A DNA stretch of 64,000 nucleotides from Candidatus Latescibacterota bacterium (GCA_965116885.1 OZ220741.1:1408001-1472000), one strand, 5' to 3'. Shown: positions 29,933 to 41,365, numbered from the stretch's first letter. Program-made: numbers and translations. Notes: generated by a model from the letters alone, not told the origin.

Positions 29933-30583
29933 ATGTCTAATCGGCGTTTTATCTACGTGTTCCTTGTTCTGTTTTTACTTTCTAAACCCGCGTCTGTTTT
30001 TGCTCAGGATGAAGCAATGCCAGAACCCGCCATGATAGGCGGTAGCGGGGTGACATCCTGGATTTTGAAGGGCAATAAAATTTACTATCTCAAGTGGGAT
30101 AGGGAATTTGAACAGGCGCAGATTTACGGTCCCCAGGAAATCGGTGGTGAGGATATCAAAGAAGTTCTGCTGATGCAGAGTACGGGGGATTTTGCGTGGA
30201 TACTGCGGGGTGACGATGTCTATTTTGTCGCTGCAAAACGCGAAGGTACGTTTGTGAGACTGGAAGTGGAGCGGCCTGAAGAACTCCCGGATTCAGAAGG
30301 ATCGGAACCGGTTATGATGGCTGGTGGCGGGAGCAGAGCCTGGGTTTTGAAGGGCTATAGTCTCTTTTATCTCAAATGGGATCCCTCGTATGGAAATGTG
30401 CAGATTTATGGACCCGAAGACCTGCCTCCCAATGACTATGGTCCCTCCGAACCCGTTCTTATGCACGGTACAGGTAGCTCGGTATGGATCTTGCGAGGCA
30501 ATGACGTTTTTTATGTTACGGCCAGAGTTGATGGTACATTTGTCGATATTGAAATTGAGCGTCCCGAAGACCTTCCAGAGTAA
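29933..30583 (+). CDS. Secreted protein with four internal repeats
   Basis: GGAGG SD, signal peptide; W[IV]L[KR]G...[YF] repeated four times. Confidence 0.8.
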   Translation: MSNRRFIYVFLVLFLLSKPASVFAQDEAMPEPAMIGGSGVTSWILKGNKIYYLKWDREFEQAQIYGPQEIGGEDIKEVLLMQSTGDFAWILRGDDVYFVAAKREGTFVRLEVERPEELPDSEGSEPVMMAGGGSRAWVLKGYSLFYLKWDPSYGNVQIYGPEDLPPNDYGPSEPVLMHGTGSSVWILRGNDVFYVTARVDGTFVDIEIERPEDLPE

Positions 30584-30610
30584 TAACCTATACTTGCGAG
30601 TAGAAACCTT

Positions 30611-32980
30611 ATGAACGAATTTGGACAGCGCAACAAGATCGTCGCTGGTCTGGTATTTTTTTTCACGACTATTATCTATCTCTCAACACTGGCACCTACT
30701 GTTGCATTTTGGGACTGCGGCGAGTTTATCACTACCGCTTATACTCTGGGCATTCCCCATCCCCCCGGCGCGCCATTCTATACTTTGCTGGGGCGTATTT
30801 TTTCCATGTTGCCATTTGGGGAAATCGCTTTTCGCGTGAATCTCCTGTCGGCCGCTGCTGGTATTGCCACAGTCGTTTTTATCTATTTGTGTACTGTCCG
30901 TTTGCTCTGCACATGGCTCGACCGCGAGAATACCGTCCACCAAATCGCTATTTTGGTCGGTGGTGTGGTTGCTTCCCTCAGTACGGCCTTTTCTTTTTCT
31001 TTTTGGAATAATGCCATCGAAGCCGAAGTTTATGGCCTGTCGATGTGTATTACCATGCTGGCGGTGTGGGTGGCTCTGCGCTGGGATGACGCGCACAAAG
31101 ACCACAATAGCGATCGCCTCTTGCTCTTTATTGCCTATCTTTTTGGACTCGGCGCGGGCGTACATCTTCAGTGTTTGCTCACCATTCCCGGTATTCTCAT
31201 TCTGCTTTTTACCGATTTGATGGAAGATCGGCCGCTCAAGCATCAGGTGCTCGTGGTCGTAGGGCTTACTCTCTACCCCTTTTTGTCTATTGTTTTTCCC
31301 ATTGGGGTCGCTGCACTCCTGACGGGTGCTGTTGTCATTGGGTTGCTCATTTTGAGACCTGAATGGCGCACTCCCCAATTCTGGCTTTTGGGCGTTATCA
31401 TCGGTGCGCTGGGTTTTTCCACGTATTTCGCCCTTTTTATTCGGTCGGGTCTCAATCCCATGATTGATATGAACGATCCCGAGACCTGGGAAAATTTCAA
31501 AGCATTTATGGGGCGTCAGCAATACGGAATCCACCTTGTTTTTCCACGCCGCGCCGAACCCTGGGCTTTTCAGTTTAATATTTTTATCAAATATTTTCTT
31601 CAGCAATTTCCGTTTTTCGATGGTATTTCCGCATATTTCCGCCGCGCCGTAGATGTTTATATGGGTCGATATGAGATTATTCACTTTTCTCTGATTACAC
31701 TCGCGCTCGGCATCGGCGGTGCTGTGTATCACCTGCGTAAGGATTGGAAACGCTTTGCTTCCCTTTTTGCCATGTTTGCCCTGATGGGCGTGGGTCTCGT
31801 GCTCTATCTCAATATGCCCGATCCAGAACCCCGCGAGCGCGAATATATTTTTGTGGGGGCTTATACATTTTTCGGTATCTGGATGGGCATTGGTGCCGCA
31901 GGTCTTATCGCTGAGGTGAAAAACAAGTCGCTGGCGGTTCTCGTGGCGGCTCTCATGCTGCTGGTGCCATCGGGTATTCTGGTGAAAAATTATCACGTAC
32001 ATGATCGCACAGGCGATTTTGTGCCTTATGATTATGCCTATAATATTATGGCTACCTGTGACGAAAACGCCATTTTGTTTACAAATGGGGATAACGATAC
32101 GTATCCCCTGTGGTTCTTGCAGGGCGTTGAGGGTGTGCGAAACGATATTCAAATTGTCAATCTCAGTCTGATCAAGACGTCGTGGTACATTAAACAACTG
32201 AAGCGGTACGGTATTGAAGTCGGTCTTGAAGATGATGAGATTGAAGGATTGCTCGGGGCTTATCCCTGGGACTACGACAGGGGCATAGAAGTGGCAGGTC
32301 TTAAACTCGAGGCGGGGGATCTTCCCATAATGGAGTATCCCACGGGTAGAGGCAGAGAGACGGTGTCCGTTTTGGAACCCCATACTTTAATGATATGGCG
32401 CATTGTGAAATACAACTGGGAAAAGCGGCCCATTTATTTTGCCGTGACCGTGCCCGATATCAATATGGCGGGTTTGAAGCCCTATTTGTCTATGGAGGGG
32501 ATGGCGTATAAACTGGTCAAGTCCCGTGGATACGAGCAGTTTGAGGAGGAGAAGATCAAACGCAATTTGCTCGAGGTTTATCGGTACACAGGTGTTGCGG
32601 ATAGTACGGTTCACAAAGACCCGGTTGCTCGCCGTCTGCTCGGCAATTATTTGATTCTCTTTGATGGGCTTGTCCGCGCGTACATTCGGCAGGGTATGCA
32701 CAGAGAGGCTTATGAGGTTCTCATGGAAGTCGAAAAACGCGTGCCCCCCTACGCGCTCGATTTCCCGGAGACCTGGCAACTCGTTGGTGCACACTATCGC
32801 GATATAGCCCTTTATTTTTACGAATCGGGTGATGTGACTCGCGCTGTTTCTGCGCTTGAAAACCTGCTCCGCCTCGGTCCGCCAATAGAAAATCCCGAAG
32901 ATATACACGCGATTATAGAACAATGGAAACGGGGGGCGACATCGAGGGATGTAGATAGTGTGGGATCTCTTGAGCGGTGA
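30611..32980 (+). CDS. DUF2723 / TMEM260-like GT-C membrane glycosyltransferase
   Basis: WDCGEFI...LGIPHPPGAP, EAEVY, PREREY, FTNGDNDTYPLW; many TM segments. Confidence 0.88.
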   Translation: MNEFGQRNKIVAGLVFFFTTIIYLSTLAPTVAFWDCGEFITTAYTLGIPHPPGAPFYTLLGRIFSMLPFGEIAFRVNLLSAAAGIATVVFIYLCTVRLLCTWLDRENTVHQIAILVGGVVASLSTAFSFSFWNNAIEAEVYGLSMCITMLAVWVALRWDDAHKDHNSDRLLLFIAYLFGLGAGVHLQCLLTIPGILILLFTDLMEDRPLKHQVLVVVGLTLYPFLSIVFPIGVAALLTGAVVIGLLILRPEWRTPQFWLLGVIIGALGFSTYFALFIRSGLNPMIDMNDPETWENFKAFMGRQQYGIHLVFPRRAEPWAFQFNIFIKYFLQQFPFFDGISAYFRRAVDVYMGRYEIIHFSLITLALGIGGAVYHLRKDWKRFASLFAMFALMGVGLVLYLNMPDPEPREREYIFVGAYTFFGIWMGIGAAGLIAEVKNKSLAVLVAALMLLVPSGILVKNYHVHDRTGDFVPYDYAYNIMATCDENAILFTNGDNDTYPLWFLQGVEGVRNDIQIVNLSLIKTSWYIKQLKRYGIEVGLEDDEIEGLLGAYPWDYDRGIEVAGLKLEAGDLPIMEYPTGRGRETVSVLEPHTLMIWRIVKYNWEKRPIYFAVTVPDINMAGLKPYLSMEGMAYKLVKSRGYEQFEEEKIKRNLLEVYRYTGVADSTVHKDPVARRLLGNYLILFDGLVRAYIRQGMHREAYEVLMEVEKRVPPYALDFPETWQLVGAHYRDIALYFYESGDVTRAVSALENLLRLGPPIENPEDIHAIIEQWKRGATSRDVDSVGSLER

Positions 32981-32987
32981 TCCGCTT

Positions 32988-33674
32988 TCAATACTCCCAC
33001 TGCTCATATACTCTTTTGGCCGGAATTTTGTTTTTCCACTGGCGCATGAGTATATAGCCTACGACAAATCCGGCGATGTGGGCGAACCAGGCCACGTCGC
33101 TTGTGCCGCTGGCACTTGAGGCATTGAGCAACTGAATGACAAACCATCCACCGAGTACGATCAAGGCTGGTACGCGAAGGATAAAATAAAATACGAGTAC
33201 CAATATTCGCGTGCCGGGAAATGCCGCCAGATAGCCTCCCAATATTCCCGCTATCGCACCGCTGGCACCCACCATTGGTATGGTGGATTCCGGTTCGGAA
33301 ATCACATGTGATAGTGTTGCGATCACTCCGCAAAACAAATAGAAGAACAAGAATCGCGCATGCCCCAGTGCGGCTTCTATATTGTTCCCAAAGATCCACA
33401 GATACAGCATGTTGCCGCCCAGATGTAATATGCCGCCGTGCATAAACATCGACGATAATAGCGTGAGATATATCGGGATGGGCGTGGGGGAAATTGCGTC
33501 AATGCCGTGCATTATTTCAAAGGGGATTGTCCCATATCGCGCGTTGAGTACATGAAATCCAATGTCGCCCAATAACCACCCGTACACAAAGATGCCCACG
33601 TTGGTCAGCAAAATGCCGATCATCAATACGGGGACACGACCGGAAGGCGTTTCGTCTTTGAGGGGGATCATCAT
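32988..33674 (-). CDS. Rhomboid intramembrane serine protease
   Basis: SMFMHGG..HL.GNM, GASGAI, AWFAHIAG. Confidence 0.93.
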   Translation of the reverse strand: MMIPLKDETPSGRVPVLMIGILLTNVGIFVYGWLLGDIGFHVLNARYGTIPFEIMHGIDAISPTPIPIYLTLLSSMFMHGGILHLGGNMLYLWIFGNNIEAALGHARFLFFYLFCGVIATLSHVISEPESTIPMVGASGAIAGILGGYLAAFPGTRILVLVFYFILRVPALIVLGGWFVIQLLNASSASGTSDVAWFAHIAGFVVGYILMRQWKNKIPAKRVYEQWEY

Positions 33675-33676
33675 GG

Positions 33677-35689
33677 CTATTTGATCCTGAATGTGGTGGT
33701 GCGCCGCGATTCATTGCCACAGATGTCGCGTACGATGACTTCCAGTTTATGCGCTCCGGGAGTCAGGGGTTTTCGCGGTTTGGCAAAGATGCGATTTTCT
33801 TCCGGGTCGTATTCCACAATGAGCGCTTTGCCGTCGATGCGCATGATCATATCTTTCTCTCGCCAAATACCCGAAGATGTATCCCATACAGAAGCTGCAA
33901 CTCTGGGTTGGCGCTGTGCGATTACTGTGCCGTTAGCAGGGGTTATGCTGGCAATTCTGGGGGGTACAGTGTCGGCGAGCAATGCAAATACACCAAAGTT
34001 TCGCACGTTTCCCGTTATAGTACTCTGCTTTGAATTGTGTTCCTTATCGACAAAGGTCCAGCTATTTCTTCCGTTCCATTTATAGATGCCGAGTTTGTCT
34101 ATATTGGGATGATCAGGAGGGTAGATAAACGCGATTTCTGCCCCTTTGAATGCCACATCCCCGGGCGTGATCCGAAACGCGGTTCCCACCATGCGTTTGT
34201 CCTTTATCTGGCTTTCGGACACGATGCGTCCAAATAGGGTTTCGTAAACGCCTTCTTTCTCAAATCGCACCCGCACCAATCCGTTATCCGAGCGCATTTC
34301 TCCACCGTCTTGTGTGACGGTTTGCTGGATGATTTGCAGTTTCTGTGTTTGTCCGTTTGTTTCAATTTGTACGTCTATGTCGTCGGTGTGCTTTTCGTCA
34401 AATGGAATGACAACCTGATATGTTTGCGAACCGGTCTGTTGAACTGCGAGGGATCGTGTCCATTGTTTGGAAAGTTGTGCTCGCGCGGTTGGCGTTTCTG
34501 ACAGGGTCTGATTGGCTGTGATGTAGATAACCGCGAAGGTGGGGAAATACGATGTTTTGCAGGTTATGTGTTGTGATGAGTTTTTGGAGGAGACAGACGC
34601 TCGAAATAATCTATCCGCGTTCTGCACCCGCAGAAATACGACTGCTGTTGCGCGATTTCCCTTTACGTCCTCGGCAATGACCTGCAGGCGATGTACGCCC
34701 GGCGAGAGTTCCTGCCCTGCACCGTCGGTTTTTATCCCCGCGAATAATACGCCTGATCCCACTTTGTGATCGCCGTAGAAAGGCAGGCGATTGCCCGGTT
34801 TGAGATACAGGCTGTGAAATCGCCCCAGGCCGCGACGGCTCATATAAAAGTCATAGGCGAGTTCTCCGTGGCGCGTTACGTCGTATCCAAACAGACCACA
34901 GGTTTTTTGAAATATCTCTTCGCCATTTATCAGGAGTCGTATGCGATAAGGGGCCAATCGATTTGTTAGCCGAGAGTCATCTGCGCGGTCAAATACTTTC
35001 AAGCCCACACCAATGCGACCCCAGACTGCTATGGTATCGGGATGTGTGAAGACTTTTTTTCTTGTACGATAGGCAAGGCGGTATGACACTGGTTTGTGTC
35101 CGCCTTTGACCCGTGCATCTGCGTTTAAGGGTACAAGGCCGATTGCCTGTATGGTTGGGGGCAGTGTGTCTTTGATATCAAATCCATGGAGCAGGGGATT
35201 TATGGGGCGATGTTTCGCGTCGCGCAATTCGAAATGCAGATGCGGTACGCCAATGCCCGTGCTGCCCGAATATCCCACTATTTCTCCGCGCTTGACGGGG
35301 ATTTGGTCGGGGCGAAAATACAGATTTACGCTGTATGTCCCGCGGCGGTCTTGCTCTTGCTGGACGTATTTTTCAATGAGTTTGGAAAATCCCGACAAGT
35401 GCGCCCAGAGCGCGAATAGCCCATTGTCGAGTTGAACATATACCACCCTGCCGTATCCCCAGGGCGATGTGCGGACCCGCCAGACGTATCCATCGGCAAT
35501 CGCTGTTATGGGATATCCTTCTTTGCCATAGGTTTTCAAGTCGATTGCCGCGTGCAATCGTCCACCCCGATATTCGCCAAAGGTCGATGTCAACGCCGGG
35601 GGGGCATCCATGGGCCAGTGATAATTTTCTGTGTGTGCAGTTGTGAGAAGGGATAGGATAATACAACTTATGGCAGATAGACGGAGCAT
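33677..35689 (-). CDS. M23 family metallopeptidase
   Basis: FGEYR...HAAIDL, AHL, GSTG...PHLHFE; signal-like start MLRLSAI. Confidence 0.85.
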   Translation of the reverse strand: MLRLSAISCIILSLLTTAHTENYHWPMDAPPALTSTFGEYRGGRLHAAIDLKTYGKEGYPITAIADGYVWRVRTSPWGYGRVVYVQLDNGLFALWAHLSGFSKLIEKYVQQEQDRRGTYSVNLYFRPDQIPVKRGEIVGYSGSTGIGVPHLHFELRDAKHRPINPLLHGFDIKDTLPPTIQAIGLVPLNADARVKGGHKPVSYRLAYRTRKKVFTHPDTIAVWGRIGVGLKVFDRADDSRLTNRLAPYRIRLLINGEEIFQKTCGLFGYDVTRHGELAYDFYMSRRGLGRFHSLYLKPGNRLPFYGDHKVGSGVLFAGIKTDGAGQELSPGVHRLQVIAEDVKGNRATAVVFLRVQNADRLFRASVSSKNSSQHITCKTSYFPTFAVIYITANQTLSETPTARAQLSKQWTRSLAVQQTGSQTYQVVIPFDEKHTDDIDVQIETNGQTQKLQIIQQTVTQDGGEMRSDNGLVRVRFEKEGVYETLFGRIVSESQIKDKRMVGTAFRITPGDVAFKGAEIAFIYPPDHPNIDKLGIYKWNGRNSWTFVDKEHNSKQSTITGNVRNFGVFALLADTVPPRIASITPANGTVIAQRQPRVAASVWDTSSGIWREKDMIMRIDGKALIVEYDPEENRIFAKPRKPLTPGAHKLEVIVRDICGNESRRTTTFRIK

Positions 35690-35862
35690 ATAAAAAAGCA
35701 GTAAGGGGTAAGAGGTAAGATGTGAGTACATCGCTCAGTATATGACTTTTGCTCATCTTCGTCAAGAAGCTGAATGGGTCTGTATTTATGGAAAAAAACC
35801 TTGCCAGTACAAAGTCCAACAAGTAGATTACAAAATTGGTGTGGCTGGGCGGCATCCTGCAT

Positions 35863-35892
35863 AATCCTGTAAATCCTGTAAATCCTGATCCT
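35863..35892. repeat. Short 9-bp tandem repeat
   Basis: AATCCTGTA x about 3 in the divergent intergenic region. Confidence 0.65.
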
Positions 35893-35911
35893 ATCTGAAG
35901 GAGAAGTCCCA

Positions 35912-37735
35912 ATGCTCGCTCAAATGCGTAGTGCTACTTTTATCAAGGCTATGATGATTATTGTTGCGGTTGCTTTTGTCGGCCTTATGGTGTTTGAATG
36001 GGGTGCTGATTTTAGCAGTCGGGGTTTTGCCGCTGTTGGTGATAATGTCGGTTCTGTGAATGGTCAGGACATTTCTGTGAAGCAGTTTGAAGCCGAAATC
36101 CAAAATGACCTTCAACAGGCCAGGGCGCGTGGCAATCAAGATCCCGATGTGAGCCAGATTATCTCTCAGACCTGGGAGCGCGTGGTTACGCAAACCCTGT
36201 TCGGGCAACAAATTGCGAAGTACGGCATTGCCGTTACCGATGCTGAGGTCGATCATATCAATCGCACGCAGCCCGCCGAGTGGATACAACAACAAGAATT
36301 TTTCCATACTAATGGCACTTTTGATCCCGCTAAATATAACCAATTTCTCGACGATCCCAGCACGTACAGCGACCCTCGAATGAAGCAATTTGTTCTGTTT
36401 GCCGAAGAGAATGCGCGAAATCAGTTGCTTTCCCAAAAGCTCGAAACGCTCATTGTAGGTTCGGTGAAAGTCTCCGATGCGGAGATTGAGAAAGCGTATA
36501 TTGAACAGAACGAAAAAGTGCGCGTGTCTTATATTGGGTTCGATGCCAACGCCATTCCCGATTCGCTCGCGCTGGTCGCCGATACTGAGATTCAAACTTA
36601 TTACGAAGGCCATCGGGACGAATATCAGGAAGATGCCGCCGTGCGCGTCGCTTTTGTTTCTTTGCCGAAAACAGCGACCGCACGCGATGAAGCCGAAGCC
36701 AAAGCCGAGATTGATCGGGTTTTCTCCGAAGCCAAAGCCGGTGATGATTTTGCCGAACTCGCCAGAGCGTATTCCGATGGGCCAAGTGGCCCGCGCGGTG
36801 GCGATCTCGGTTTCTTTGGAAGGGGGCGCATGGTCAAGCCTTTTGAAGATGCGGCTTTCGCGCTCAATGCGGGGGAAATATCCGATCCCGTTAAAACTCA
36901 GTTTGGCTGGCATGTTATTAAGGTGGAGGAGACGAGAGGCGCAGCGGATAGTCTCGAGGTTCACGCGCGGCATATCCTCATTGAGGTGCGCCCCGGGCGC
37001 GATACGCTCGACAGTTTGCGCGTGCTTGCCGAAGAGTTTGCAGAAATAGCCGAGGATGTCGGGTTTGACTCGGCTGTCAACCAGAGGGATTTGCGGAGTC
37101 AGGACTCGGAGTTTATTACCGCTGGTAGCTTTTTCCCACTGCTGGGCAATAGCACGTCGGGGCTGGTGAACAAATTTTTGCGCGGTTCTCCTGGCGATGT
37201 TTCCAGTGTTTATGAAAATGACCAGGGCATCCACGTTTTTGCTTTGCGAGAGATTCGCGAGGCGGGTCCCCAGCCTCTGGATGAGGTTAAACCGCAGATT
37301 GAGGCGAGTCTGAAAACGAAAAAGAAGGTCGAGGTTGCAGCCGGTCGGCTGACCGAGGTGATGGGGCAGATCAAGACGGGTAAATCACTCGAAGAGACAG
37401 CCGAGTTTTTCAATCTCACGGTTCAGACGCCGGAGTCTTTTGCGCGCACGGGCTTTGTTCCCAGTGTGGGCAGTCGCAACGCTTTTGTGGGCGCGGCATT
37501 TCGTTTGTCAACGGGTCAGACGAGTGAGATCGTCAAAACTGACCGCGGGGCTTATATTTTGCGCGTGGAGGAAAGACAATCTGTTGATGAAACGGGTTTA
37601 GAATCGGCAAAAGGGACGTTGTTGCAGCAGGTGCTTTCACAAAAGCGCCAGGAGGTTTTCACTGTCTGGTTTGCCGATTTGCGAGAGAATGCCGATATTG
37701 TCGATTATCGTCACTTCTTCTACTCCGATTATTAG
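35912..37735 (+). CDS. PpiD/SurA-like parvulin peptidyl-prolyl isomerase
   Basis: N-terminal anchor, SurA-N domain, [12 protein letters not shown]...GGDLG.F..G.MV..FE, FGWHVIK. Confidence 0.9.
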   Translation: MLAQMRSATFIKAMMIIVAVAFVGLMVFEWGADFSSRGFAAVGDNVGSVNGQDISVKQFEAEIQNDLQQARARGNQDPDVSQIISQTWERVVTQTLFGQQIAKYGIAVTDAEVDHINRTQPAEWIQQQEFFHTNGTFDPAKYNQFLDDPSTYSDPRMKQFVLFAEENARNQLLSQKLETLIVGSVKVSDAEIEKAYIEQNEKVRVSYIGFDANAIPDSLALVADTEIQTYYEGHRDEYQEDAAVRVAFVSLPKTATARDEAEAKAEIDRVFSEAKAGDDFAELARAYSDGPSGPRGGDLGFFGRGRMVKPFEDAAFALNAGEISDPVKTQFGWHVIKVEETRGAADSLEVHARHILIEVRPGRDTLDSLRVLAEEFAEIAEDVGFDSAVNQRDLRSQDSEFITAGSFFPLLGNSTSGLVNKFLRGSPGDVSSVYENDQGIHVFALREIREAGPQPLDEVKPQIEASLKTKKKVEVAAGRLTEVMGQIKTGKSLEETAEFFNLTVQTPESFARTGFVPSVGSRNAFVGAAFRLSTGQTSEIVKTDRGAYILRVEERQSVDETGLESAKGTLLQQVLSQKRQEVFTVWFADLRENADIVDYRHFFYSDY

Positions 37736-37747
37736 AGGACCGGACAC

Positions 37748-39475
37748 GTGATTCGCCTTGCCCTATCGCAAATTAATGTCACCGTTGGTGATCTTGCGGG
37801 CAACCGTGAAAAAATTCTCGACCATATTCACAGGGCGCGCGATTTTGGGGCGCATATTGTCGTTTTTCCCGAACTCGCGATCCCGGGCTATCCGCCCGAG
37901 GATTTGCTTTTTAAGCCTCGGTTTATCCAATCCAACCTCGATGTGTTGAATGAACTCGTTCGGGCGACGCAGGGTGTTGCTGCGGTTTTCGGATTTGTGG
38001 ATCGTCACGACGATATCTACAATGCCGCAGCGATTGCTTGCGACGGGCGCTTGATCGATGTTTATCACAAGACCTATTTGCCCAATTACGGCGTCTTTGA
38101 CGAAGACCGCTATTTCCAATCTGGGAAGACCGCAGGGGTGTATCGTCTCAATGGTATCACTTTTGGGGTTACGATCTGCGAAGATATCTGGTATCCCGGC
38201 GGTCCCGCTCGGGAGCAAGCACTTGCTGGCGATGCCGAGGTGCTCATCAATATTTCTTCCTCCCCTTTCCACGATGGCAAAGAGTTGTTGCGCGAGCAGA
38301 TGATTGCTACGCGCGCGACGGATAACAGTGCAGTTCTGGCTTTTTGCAATCTCGTCGGTGGGCAGGATGAGTTGATTTTTGATGGGGGCAGCCTGATTGT
38401 CGATCAAGAAGGGCGTGTTATTGCGCGGTCTCCCCGGTTTGAGGAAGACCTGCTGGTGGCGGATGTTGATGTTGAAGCTGTTTTTCGCAACCGCCTGCAC
38501 GATTCACGCCGGCGCAAGGAAAAACGCGATGTTTCTTCTCCCGTCGCCGTTGATCTGCCGGATCTGAAACCCAAAGCTGTCTGTCTTTCTCCGTCTGAGA
38601 GACCGGATTTTCCGCGTCCTGATGAGCGTCTCAAGAATATTTACGATGCGCTTGTTCTGGGTACGCGCGATTATGTTTTGAAGAATGGGTTTGAGAAGGT
38701 TTTTATCGGGTTGTCCGGCGGGATTGACTCGGCGCTTGTCACGGCTGTTGCCTATGATGCGCTGGGGAGAGAGAATGTGGTGTGTGTGACGATGCCCACT
38801 CAATTTTCTTCAGAGGGCACGTTTAACGATGCCTTGCAGATGGCGGGCAATCTCGATATTCGCATTCTGACGTTGCCGATTCAAACGTTGTTCGACCAGT
38901 ATCTCGGTCTTCTTGCCGATGAGTTTGGCGATTTGCCTTCTGATACGGCAGAGGAGAATATTCAGCCGCGCATTCGGGGTACTTTGCTGATGGCGCTTGC
39001 CAATAAGTTCCGCGCGCTGGTGCTGGCGCCGGGGAATAAGAGCGAGTTGAGCATGGGGTATGCGACGCTTTACGGCGATATGGCGGGTGGGTTTGCGGTT
39101 ATTAAAGATATTTACAAAACCGTTGTCTATGATCTGGCGCATTATCGCAATAGCCTGTCGGATCATCCCGTTATTCCCGTTTCGATTATTGAGCGACCGC
39201 CTACGGCGGAGTTGCGCGATAACCAGAAAGATACGGATAGTTTGCCACCTTATTCTGTGCTTGATCCCATTCTCAAAGCGTATGTGGAGGACGATACCAG
39301 TTTGCAAGATATTATTGCGCTGGGCTATGACGAGGAACTCGTTACGCGGGTTATCCGCACGGTGGATATCAACGAGTACAAACGCCGCCAGGCGCCTCCG
39401 GGTATCAAGATTACGCCCCGCGCATTCGGTCGCGATAGGCGCTTGCCGATTACGAATCGGTGTCGGGAGTATTAG
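37748..39475 (+). CDS. nadE: Glutamine-dependent NAD+ synthetase
   Basis: Nitrilase domain (FPEL, ICEDIW) plus GLSGGIDS, GNKSE..GYATLYGD, PPTAEL, NEYKR. Confidence 0.96.
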   Translation: MIRLALSQINVTVGDLAGNREKILDHIHRARDFGAHIVVFPELAIPGYPPEDLLFKPRFIQSNLDVLNELVRATQGVAAVFGFVDRHDDIYNAAAIACDGRLIDVYHKTYLPNYGVFDEDRYFQSGKTAGVYRLNGITFGVTICEDIWYPGGPAREQALAGDAEVLINISSSPFHDGKELLREQMIATRATDNSAVLAFCNLVGGQDELIFDGGSLIVDQEGRVIARSPRFEEDLLVADVDVEAVFRNRLHDSRRRKEKRDVSSPVAVDLPDLKPKAVCLSPSERPDFPRPDERLKNIYDALVLGTRDYVLKNGFEKVFIGLSGGIDSALVTAVAYDALGRENVVCVTMPTQFSSEGTFNDALQMAGNLDIRILTLPIQTLFDQYLGLLADEFGDLPSDTAEENIQPRIRGTLLMALANKFRALVLAPGNKSELSMGYATLYGDMAGGFAVIKDIYKTVVYDLAHYRNSLSDHPVIPVSIIERPPTAELRDNQKDTDSLPPYSVLDPILKAYVEDDTSLQDIIALGYDEELVTRVIRTVDINEYKRRQAPPGIKITPRAFGRDRRLPITNRCREY

Positions 39476-39487
39476 GTGGAGGATGCT

Positions 39488-39988
39488 ATGAGATCCCGTG
39501 TGATTTTAGCAACACTATGTTTCTTTTGGGTGATGTCGCATACGTCATCCATCCGAGCAGAAGAATCATGGAAAAAAGTAGAGGTGGGGCCAGATAAGGG
39601 GAGCTATAAGGGGAAGTTGTGGGGTTTGGACGCGCTTGCCAGGTTTAAAAATGATCAAAAGTTTGTCACATTTACTGTTAATCAGCAATATTCCTCTGTG
39701 AAAGCCGCTGTCGAGACCTGTAGGCGAGTGGGTGGCCTGGCTGAGGGCGTCATGAGCGAGTACGGTTCCTTTGACATTGTTCGCGAGATTAATCAACGCG
39801 CAGTGATTAATATTTTTCCCGGTCTCGTTGAGATCAACCAACAAGCCCACCGACAGGTGATATTTTCAGCCCCTTGTAATATATCAATCAAAAATAAAGA
39901 CAATCCCAAAATCCGCACTGATCTTAGCGTCGAAGACAAAAGCACCACGTTCAGGATGCAACTTATATTGCCAATAAAGACTCAGTAG
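39488..39988 (+). CDS. Hypothetical secreted protein
   Basis: GGAGG SD, signal peptide MRSRVILATL...IRA. Confidence 0.6.
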   Translation: MRSRVILATLCFFWVMSHTSSIRAEESWKKVEVGPDKGSYKGKLWGLDALARFKNDQKFVTFTVNQQYSSVKAAVETCRRVGGLAEGVMSEYGSFDIVREINQRAVINIFPGLVEINQQAHRQVIFSAPCNISIKNKDNPKIRTDLSVEDKSTTFRMQLILPIKTQ

Positions 39989-40041
39989 TTGCAAAAGGGT
40001 GTCAACGAGCCGTATTAAATTATGCCCCGCGCAGCACATTT

Positions 40042-41364
40042 CTACCCCTCGAAGTCACTGACAAAGATTAAAAAGTCTGGGAACGCAACCTGACCATCGC
40101 CATCCAAATCAGCCTCAGCGACGTAGCCGGGAAATATGTCTCTTGTGCCGAAGGCATTAGCGAAAAATAAGAAATCGGTAAAATCGACATTGCCATCGCT
40201 ATTGAAATCAGAGCGTTTCCTGTGGCGTATCACCAGTATCGCTTGCATTTCAGTCTCGGAGATAGGCGTACCAAAAATGGAGATGATATCGCCTGTCATC
40301 AAGTCTGAAAAAGGGATCACAAAATTGAGAAAGTCATCGAAGTTACCAGACAGAAATACCGGGACAATATCCTGAATAGACTTCTGGATGTTGACAATGA
40401 GAGCCTGTGACGCATCCACAGTCATATTTGAGCGACGATAAGGAAACTGGACAGAAAACGAATGGCTTTCAGCATCGACGCTATCAATGCGGACTTCTGA
40501 GAAATCAATGGCTTCTGGCTCTGGCTCTCCCTCCAACATGATTTGCAAACCCGTTACGCTTTGACCATCGACAACCTGAACGAGTGCTGTGGAATCAACG
40601 CCGCCTGTCAGGGCGTTTAGCCCTCTCAAAATGCCCACATCTTCCCTGTTTCCCTCTGCGTCAACCACTTCTTGAAACGCAAGTATCGCATAAGCCCCAT
40701 CAGGCACATGCTTCAACCTGAATTCAAATTGTTCATTGAACCACGCAACGCGAACAATGGCAAGCTGGAACAGGTCAAAATCCTGTTCACTTTCCAGAGC
40801 TTTCAAATATCGTTCAGAGTCAAGCAAGGTAATCCCACCATCTCCCATTGGAAGCGGCACGACACCTTCTGGCAAAATAGCCTTACCAGAAACTTCGGCA
40901 TCTGACAATTCTTCTGTGCCCCAAAAATACTGCTGTGTCTCATCAACGGGATCTAAATCGTTGGGACTGATAAGCATCTGATAGGTCGCACCTGCGGACA
41001 GGTCAACCATCCCTGTCAATGTCATGCGGTCTTCGCTGACCGCCACACCTGGCCCTTGCGTGGCATTGTAAAGCGATATGGCAAATTCAAAAGGATATGA
41101 GTGAATCTGCAAACCTGCAATCCTGTACCTGAATTTTTCCTCCTCCTCCTCACGCGTTATGGGCGTGTTATATGTAATCTCAAACTTCTGCATGCCACTC
41201 GGCACGGGTGGATTCTTCACATCTTCCTGGAGTGTCACGCCACCTATCACAAATGAAGTCACAGCTGGCTCAATCTCCTGCCCCCATATAGGGCTTCCCA
41301 TCACACCAGTAGTCAGTGCTACTACGAGGATCAGGCGAATATATGTTGACATGACAGATTTCAT
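40042..41364 (-). CDS. Secreted protein with C-terminal paired EF-hand/dockerin-like motif
   Basis: Signal peptide; DFNSDGNVDFTDF...F and DLDGDGQVAFPDF...F. Confidence 0.78.
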   Translation of the reverse strand: MKSVMSTYIRLILVVALTTGVMGSPIWGQEIEPAVTSFVIGGVTLQEDVKNPPVPSGMQKFEITYNTPITREEEEEKFRYRIAGLQIHSYPFEFAISLYNATQGPGVAVSEDRMTLTGMVDLSAGATYQMLISPNDLDPVDETQQYFWGTEELSDAEVSGKAILPEGVVPLPMGDGGITLLDSERYLKALESEQDFDLFQLAIVRVAWFNEQFEFRLKHVPDGAYAILAFQEVVDAEGNREDVGILRGLNALTGGVDSTALVQVVDGQSVTGLQIMLEGEPEPEAIDFSEVRIDSVDAESHSFSVQFPYRRSNMTVDASQALIVNIQKSIQDIVPVFLSGNFDDFLNFVIPFSDLMTGDIISIFGTPISETEMQAILVIRHRKRSDFNSDGNVDFTDFLFFANAFGTRDIFPGYVAEADLDGDGQVAFPDFLIFVSDFEG

Positions 41365-41365
41365 T

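Noticed and set aside
30683..32383. 566-aa minus-strand ORF
   Set aside because: Antisense shadow of the DUF2723 gene; no motifs
22236..35892. Short tandem repeats (22236, 35863) as CRISPR arrays
   Set aside because: 9-10 bp units with no spacers and no cas genes; no CRISPR array, tRNA or rRNA recognised in the window
35891..37234. 447-aa minus-strand ORF (likewise 24953-25951, 17646-18656, 16465-17253)
   Set aside because: Antisense to well-supported genes
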